A DNA stretch of 64,000 nt from an uncultured Chthonomonadaceae bacterium (lineage in GTDB: Bacteria > Armatimonadota > Chthonomonadetes > Chthonomonadales > Chthonomonadaceae). The notes beneath the pieces were generated by a model that was not told where the DNA came from, ran no database searches, and saw only the letters and a program-made list of their open reading frames with translations. A program made the position numbers and the translations under genes. The stretch covers positions 160,001 through 224,000 of the forward strand of contig CAWIEK010000063.1 in the NCBI GenBank assembly GCA_963835065.1, given 5' to 3'. Shown here one piece after another: positions 58,895-64,000 of the stretch (positions are counted from its first letter, which is position 1; every line of letters starts with the position of its first letter).

Positions 58895-60112
58895 TTATTT
58901 TGGCGTGGTAATGCGCAGTTTCTGAACGCGCCAGCCTTCGGGCGCATGGGAAATCTCATCCAGCAGTTGTTTCAAAGCGGAGGCAGGTTCGGAACGGTTT
59001 TCCTGATTGCCGACGCCATTGAGCATCTGAACGGACGCTTCATTCTGCTCCTGGAGGCATACACGCAGGGAATAAGCCGGCGCGCTCTGTAGCGACGGAA
59101 TAAATTTCTTCGCTATGCGCCTGCGGCGGAGTGTCCGAAGGACACAAGCGTCTGCCGTAAGGGAGTTCCGTCCGAAGGATGATTTGGCGGAACGCCGCGC
59201 AGCAAGGAAATGAATTTCCTTGCCCGCATTTAGTCGCTTGCCGGGGGCGCGAACTACATTGAAAATGTTACTTCCCGGCTTTGATGGCCCGCAGAATACA
59301 ATCCACGCCTCCCCCGAACCCTCCGGCAACAAAACCGCCTTTGATAAGGATGTTTGTCCCTTGCGAACCGTCCAACATTCGCCCGCTTCGGATAGACGCG
59401 CCAGATGAAGGCCATTGGCGGAATCACTCAGGAGCAGGTAGGCGCGGCAGGAAACATTCCGGCGGGAGCGCAGGCGGAACGAATGGCCTGCTGTAATCTG
59501 GCGCAGGGGGCGCGCTTCATCATCCGCGCTGACGATTTCCCAGAGCGCGTTTTGCGTCGTCAATTGGGACAAGAGGCGCGTCCATTGCGCCGGGACAGCG
59601 ACCGCATCGGCGTTTAAGCAGGCGACAATCCGGCTTCCCGTTTCGCCCACCAATCCCAGCGCGTGAACGCGCGGGTCGCGGCGGAGATTGACGGTCAGGC
59701 TGCGCAGGGAATCGGCGGTTCCCGCCCATTGCCCGACCAGAGCGTGGGGCGCGGACTCTCGAAACAGGCGCGTGACCAGCAGAAAACGCGCGTTTGTTTC
59801 GTCCGCGCCACCGGTAAAACTCAACTCCCCCTCCACAGTATAGCGCAGGGAAGAGGAGATTTGCTGTGAGGGCGGGCTGCCTTCCACCCCAACCTGAACT
59901 GTTTTCGGGGCGTGATCGGTCAGGAAGCGGGCAAGCGCGGTTGTCAGGCGCGCGTTCAGGCCGCGTTCCAATCCGCCGCCGTCGCGCAGGGGGCGGATGG
60001 TCAGCGTCGTTGCTTGCGCGTGTGTCCGCGTCAGGCAGGTACACGCCAACATCAGCGCCATCAGAGTTGCGCCTGCGCGTTGTATCAACACACACACGAA
60101 GCCTCGCATCAT
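58895..60112 (-). CDS. Secreted hypothetical protein, possible DUF4384-like domain
   Basis: Signal ending THAQ; ATGA overlap with the upstream caspase gene; AGHSFRL...AYLL segment. Confidence 0.6.
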   Translation of the reverse strand: MMRGFVCVLIQRAGATLMALMLACTCLTRTHAQATTLTIRPLRDGGGLERGLNARLTTALARFLTDHAPKTVQVGVEGSPPSQQISSSLRYTVEGELSFTGGADETNARFLLVTRLFRESAPHALVGQWAGTADSLRSLTVNLRRDPRVHALGLVGETGSRIVACLNADAVAVPAQWTRLLSQLTTQNALWEIVSADDEARPLRQITAGHSFRLRSRRNVSCRAYLLLSDSANGLHLARLSEAGECWTVRKGQTSLSKAVLLPEGSGEAWIVFCGPSKPGSNIFNVVRAPGKRLNAGKEIHFLAARRSAKSSFGRNSLTADACVLRTLRRRRIAKKFIPSLQSAPAYSLRVCLQEQNEASVQMLNGVGNQENRSEPASALKQLLDEISHAPEGWRVQKLRITTPK

Positions 60113-61485
60113 TCCACTCCGAACGTCAGGCCGAACGTGTAGTAGGGCTGGCGCTGCGTTTCCGTTTCTATGATACGCTTCATTTTGCGCGGTTCCGCCC
60201 CGTCCTGCGGAAACGCCTTGATTAAGGCGGCGGCATTAGCTTCGTCGGTAAACAGCAGGGCTTTCACGCGCTCCACGCCCGGAGTGTCGGCGGCATACGA
60301 GCGGCCTGAAGCGATGGGCAGGCGAACCACGCTGTTGGCCGAAACCCGCGCCGCGTCCATGCTGCGATTGGCAGGAAACAGCAGGTACACTTTGCCATCG
60401 GTATCTTTTTCCAGCAAAACCAGCCAGCCACTTTGCGCGCCGATTTTGGCTTCAAAAGTAAACGTCTGTTTTACCTTGACCGTGTTCAATCCCGGCGTCA
60501 TGGTCAGCGCGAACAGCGCAGTATCGGTATGGTCCTGGTTGAAATCGTCCCATGCGGTGCGCTTCGGCTCCGGTTTGGGGGACGGGTCGGGTGGGGGCGC
60601 GGGCGTATCCTTGCCGTCAAAGACAGGGCGCGTGGCATAATCGGTCGGGCTGAGTTTGGGCGTTTGCGTCTGCTCCATGTAATCGGCCACTTCGCCGGTC
60701 ACGTCCTTTTGCACCTCGTTCCACAGCGTTTGCGGCGTTGTTTTTTGCAGGCGGGCTGTCAGAAAATGCGTAAACACGCCGCCGCGCTGTCCATCAAAAT
60801 CGTCCTCGCCCGAAGTCTGATTGGCAAGCGAGGCCGTGAAATACACGATTTCCGCGCCTTTTGAGATGTGGTCGTTGCTGTCGCTCTGCACTTCAAGAAT
60901 GGCGCGGCGTCCGTCATTGCCGCCATTGTTTCCGCCGTTGCCGCTTCCATTTGCCGCAGTCCCGCGCTTGTAAAAGCGAGTTTTTTTAACCTGATGTCCT
61001 AACGCGCGCCGACTTAGCCCGCCCGAAAAGCACGAGTCGAGCAGCACGGTTCGGCTGCGGGCGGGAACCGCCATCAGCGCGTTGTACAGTTCATCGCGCA
61101 GCAGGTCGCTGGCTTCTGTCTTTTCGCTGGCATCGCCTGGCAACAGGGCGGACGCGCCATCCGACCCCACGACGCCATGACCGGCAAAGTAGAATACGAA
61201 CCGCTCGTCACTCCGAACCTCGGTTTTCATTTGGGCAAGCGCGTCCAGAATGGCGCGTTTGGACGCCTGCTCGTTTACCAGCGTTTTAACGGTAAAGCCC
61301 CTTCCGGTCAGCGTCTTTTCCATGTTGCGCGTGTCGTTGACGCAGCCCTCCAGATTGCTGCCCCGCGTCAGTTTCGGGTACTCGTTGACGCCGACAAGCA
61401 GCGCCTTATCGGCCCGCGCGTTCGCCCCCACGCCCATCAATCCGCTCACCGCCGCTAACGCAAATAAACCATGCAAACATTTCAT
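60109..61485 (-). CDS. Secreted caspase (peptidase C14) plus DUF4384 protein
   Basis: ALLVGVNEY; LEGCVND; FYFAGHG; LLDSCFSG; GKVYLLFPAN...PGVERVKAL. Confidence 0.92.
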   Translation of the reverse strand: MKCLHGLFALAAVSGLMGVGANARADKALLVGVNEYPKLTRGSNLEGCVNDTRNMEKTLTGRGFTVKTLVNEQASKRAILDALAQMKTEVRSDERFVFYFAGHGVVGSDGASALLPGDASEKTEASDLLRDELYNALMAVPARSRTVLLDSCFSGGLSRRALGHQVKKTRFYKRGTAANGSGNGGNNGGNDGRRAILEVQSDSNDHISKGAEIVYFTASLANQTSGEDDFDGQRGGVFTHFLTARLQKTTPQTLWNEVQKDVTGEVADYMEQTQTPKLSPTDYATRPVFDGKDTPAPPPDPSPKPEPKRTAWDDFNQDHTDTALFALTMTPGLNTVKVKQTFTFEAKIGAQSGWLVLLEKDTDGKVYLLFPANRSMDAARVSANSVVRLPIASGRSYAADTPGVERVKALLFTDEANAAALIKAFPQDGAEPRKMKRIIETETQRQPYYTFGLTFGVE

Positions 61486-61487
61486 TC

Positions 61488-62474
61488 TTATTTCTCCGCA
61501 GGCTCTAAAATGATACTGGCCGTCAGTTGCACGGGTTTTGTCGAGCGGGCAATTGGTCCGCCTGGGCGCTGGCCCCAGCCCTCGATGGCCTGATTGGCGA
61601 CAAAATCCTCATCCAGCCAGACGAATCCCTTGTTGGCCCATTTGTCCGACCACGAATTGACCATCAAAAAGGCGTGTTTGTCTTCGTCGTAGCCCACGAT
61701 GCACACGGCGTGAAGTCCGGCCAGTTCGCCCTTTTTCTCCGTTGGTTTGTACACGAAATCAGGGTCATGGGGAACGCCGAAAAACTCCTGGTAAACAGGG
61801 ATGCCAATGACGAACGGCTGGCGGGTTTCCCACAGCCAATTACGCAGTTTGTCCGCGTCCCCGGCCTCGCCCGCAACGCTGCCTTTGAACAGGCTAACGG
61901 TTTGCCGCGCTTTGTAGCGCGCGGCCCGCGATTTGATTGCATCCGAGGGCTGGCTGTCCGGGTCGGATTCTTTCCAGGGCATGTCGGCAAGCGTGGCGCA
62001 GCCCTGTTTGGCAAGGATGTCGAATGCCTGATAGATGTGCATCCCTTTTTTGGGGTTGCCCGCATTAAACTGATGCCAGATGAACGCGGGGCTGAACTGA
62101 AAACGCGCGTCCTTGCGCTCTTCGGGCGATAATTTGCGCTGTCGCGCAATGGACGTGGAGTAGCAGTAGTACGCCGTTGACCAGCCTACGCACGACCCGG
62201 TTTCGCCCTGATTCGCCACGTCGGGCAAGTCGGCGGCAAGGCTGAATTGTTTGGGACGATCCGCGCTCCGCGTGGCGGCGATACGCGCATGGGGATGACT
62301 GGCGAACGCCTCAGCAGGGGAAGCCACGCAGCCCATTCCCTGCGCGTTACTCCGTGAAGCCAACCCCGCCATGCCCACGAACAGAAGCGCGGAAACTCGA
62401 AAATACCGCGCCACTCTGCGCGAACGTTGTGTATTATGCGAGGCGCTGCGGAAATAGGGTTTGAGTAGAGCCAT
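61488..62474 (-). CDS. Secreted papain-like cysteine protease (C1A)
   Basis: NQGETGSCVGWS; LHAVCIVGY; VNSWSDKWANKG. Confidence 0.93.
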   Translation of the reverse strand: MALLKPYFRSASHNTQRSRRVARYFRVSALLFVGMAGLASRSNAQGMGCVASPAEAFASHPHARIAATRSADRPKQFSLAADLPDVANQGETGSCVGWSTAYYCYSTSIARQRKLSPEERKDARFQFSPAFIWHQFNAGNPKKGMHIYQAFDILAKQGCATLADMPWKESDPDSQPSDAIKSRAARYKARQTVSLFKGSVAGEAGDADKLRNWLWETRQPFVIGIPVYQEFFGVPHDPDFVYKPTEKKGELAGLHAVCIVGYDEDKHAFLMVNSWSDKWANKGFVWLDEDFVANQAIEGWGQRPGGPIARSTKPVQLTASIILEPAEK

Positions 62475-62760
62475 AGATATTCCCCTCGAAAAACTATGAT
62501 ATGTCGGATTTAAAGCGTGATGGTACCCAGCCAAAAATTAGGATGGCAAACGTTAGCAGCGGCGACAAAGGTTTCGGGAGCGTCATACGCGCGGCGGTAG
62601 TCGTGCCTTTACTCGCCGCCCGGTTCGCAGGCGCCGGCACAGCAAAGAATAGCCCGCTTGTATTTATTACCCTGCGTGACAAGTGACCTAGCAGGTTAAA
62701 AAAGAAGGGGATCGAAATCCGGGCGTGTTACAAAATTGATTTGGCGTAAAGCCGAGGGAC

Positions 62761-63613
62761 TCACCGGGCGGAAGCGACGTGGGTTTGATCGTTCAATTCG
62801 TTCAATTCGATGGTGGCGGCGGCGCGGCGCGTGTCTTTGCCGTTGCTCAGTTCCATGTAGATGGTCTGCTTGCCGGTGGTGGCATCCAGTTTCCAGGAGC
62901 GCTTCGCCTGAAACGGTTCCCATTCGGTCCAGTGAATGCCGTCGCTGCTGTAACGCGCCTGCTGCGCCCATTTCTCGCCATGCGCGTAAATCTGCACGTC
63001 CGGGGATTTGGTCTGCGGCACATCGTTGTTAATGATCAGCGGGAAAACGTCACGGCGCGTGCCGAAGTCCTGTACCCAATAATCCTGCAAGTCGCTGTTC
63101 GGCGCGTGGACATAAGCCACGCCGATCTCGCGGAAGTCGGGGTTCAGCAAATTGGCGCGGTGACCGGGGCTGCGCATCCATTCGACGACAACCTGCTCCG
63201 GCGATTGCTGTCCGCCCGCGATGTTTTCGCCGATCATGGCATAGCCCTTATAACCGAAGTCCGGCAGGCGCGGCTCGATGTGCCGTCCCTGACGATCCTC
63301 GTGCGCAAAATAATTATTGGTCGCCATGTCGTCGGCCATCCAATGCGCGGCGCGGGTCAGGCTGTCTTCGCGCTTGACCGGAGCGACGCCGGCTTTGGCG
63401 CGCTCCACATTGGTCAGTTCGATCACGCGGTCAATAAAGCGCGAAGCGCGGGCTTCTGCCGCCGCCGAGAGAAACCACCAGGGAAGGACGCGCTGTTTTC
63501 TGCGCCATCGCCGCCATTCCACAGCACAACAGACCGATTGCCATCAGAAGAGAGAAAGTCAGAAAAGAAACATTCCGAAAAGAAAAAGTCCGAACTCGCA
63601 TTGCACGTTTCAC
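62761..63613 (-). CDS. CAP/SCP domain secreted protein (frameshift near 63460)
   Basis: LTNVERAKAG; GENIA; WMRSPGHRANLL; YWVQDFG; signal peptide encoded in the adjacent frame (63431-63613). Confidence 0.88.
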
Positions 63614-64000
63614 CTTTCAGCGCGCAGCATCAAGCCGTTTGAAATGTCGGCGGCTGCTCCCATGATCTCACAGTGTGAGTTTCACGGGAACAAGGATAAC
63701 CGCAATGCTTTTCCGTCGCCGTTACTCACGTTACATTATCAGTGTGAGACGCGGCAATCTTCAGGCATAAATGCGCGAAAAGGACGTAAAAGTATCGAGG
63801 CGCGGCCATTCCAAACCATTCAGACCCAAATGTGGCGCTGGCTGTAATAACAACGGGAAAACAAAATACAGGCGGAAAATGGAAAACGGCAGGGTGTTCC
63901 AGACAGAAGCATCGAGGCTGCTGCGTTGCGGAGCGTCAATACGGCAACGCGGCAATGACTGTATTATAACGTATAAAAGCGCGAATATGACGCGCGGAAA

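Noticed and set aside
300..58911. Long antisense or alternative-frame ORFs (e.g. 300-1520, 15996-17282, 45274-46500, 48185-49267, 57691-58911)
   Set aside because: Shadows of well-supported genes in GC-rich DNA with no recognisable motifs
62494..62686. Small ORFs between the CAP and papain genes
   Set aside because: About 60 aa on both strands with no clear RBS or motif
19769..63613. Mass pseudogenisation or programmed frameshifting (MFS, DUF1549, DapA-like, terL, Rhs, CAP)
   Set aside because: The breaks are scattered single-base indels with motifs otherwise intact and no shared slippery sequence; long-read error is the simpler explanation, pending read inspection

Overview
A 64 kb, GC-rich bacterial chromosomal segment. 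Gene content and style suggest Armatimonadota (Chthonomonadales-like); this is an inference, not a database result. At least a dozen single-base frameshifts in otherwise intact genes, plus a ~600 bp purine-only tract, point to an imperfectly polished long-read assembly. No rRNA, tRNA or CRISPR array was found. Ordinary content: a stand-alone nuoB-nuoI pair, sugar uptake/catabolism genes (RbsD/FucU, ABC binding protein and permease, SDR, cupin, Gfo/Idh/MocA, DapA-like, sugar-phosphate isomerase), a Planctomycete-type DUF1549/DUF1553-DUF1501-PPC cluster, RNase Z-like, Nif3-like, YihY, MFS, Uma2 and an HTH-PIN toxin-antitoxin pair. Most interesting: (1) an Rhs/YD-repeat protein with a twin-arginine signal, no recognisable DPxG autoprotease motif and a short Cys-rich, defensin-patterned tip, followed by a secreted LolA-like/TlpA oxidoreductase instead of a typical immunity gene; (2) a pervasive multi-family system of 7-9 nt tandem repeats that forms long hairpins at stop codons and is also inserted in frame into conserved protein domains; (3) an operon of signal-peptide-bearing papain and caspase-like proteases, plus two more secreted clan-CD proteases elsewhere; (4) an orphan phage terminase large subunit; (5) an Rpn nuclease with a clear internal antitoxin start, and a PIN toxin that appears to start at ATA.
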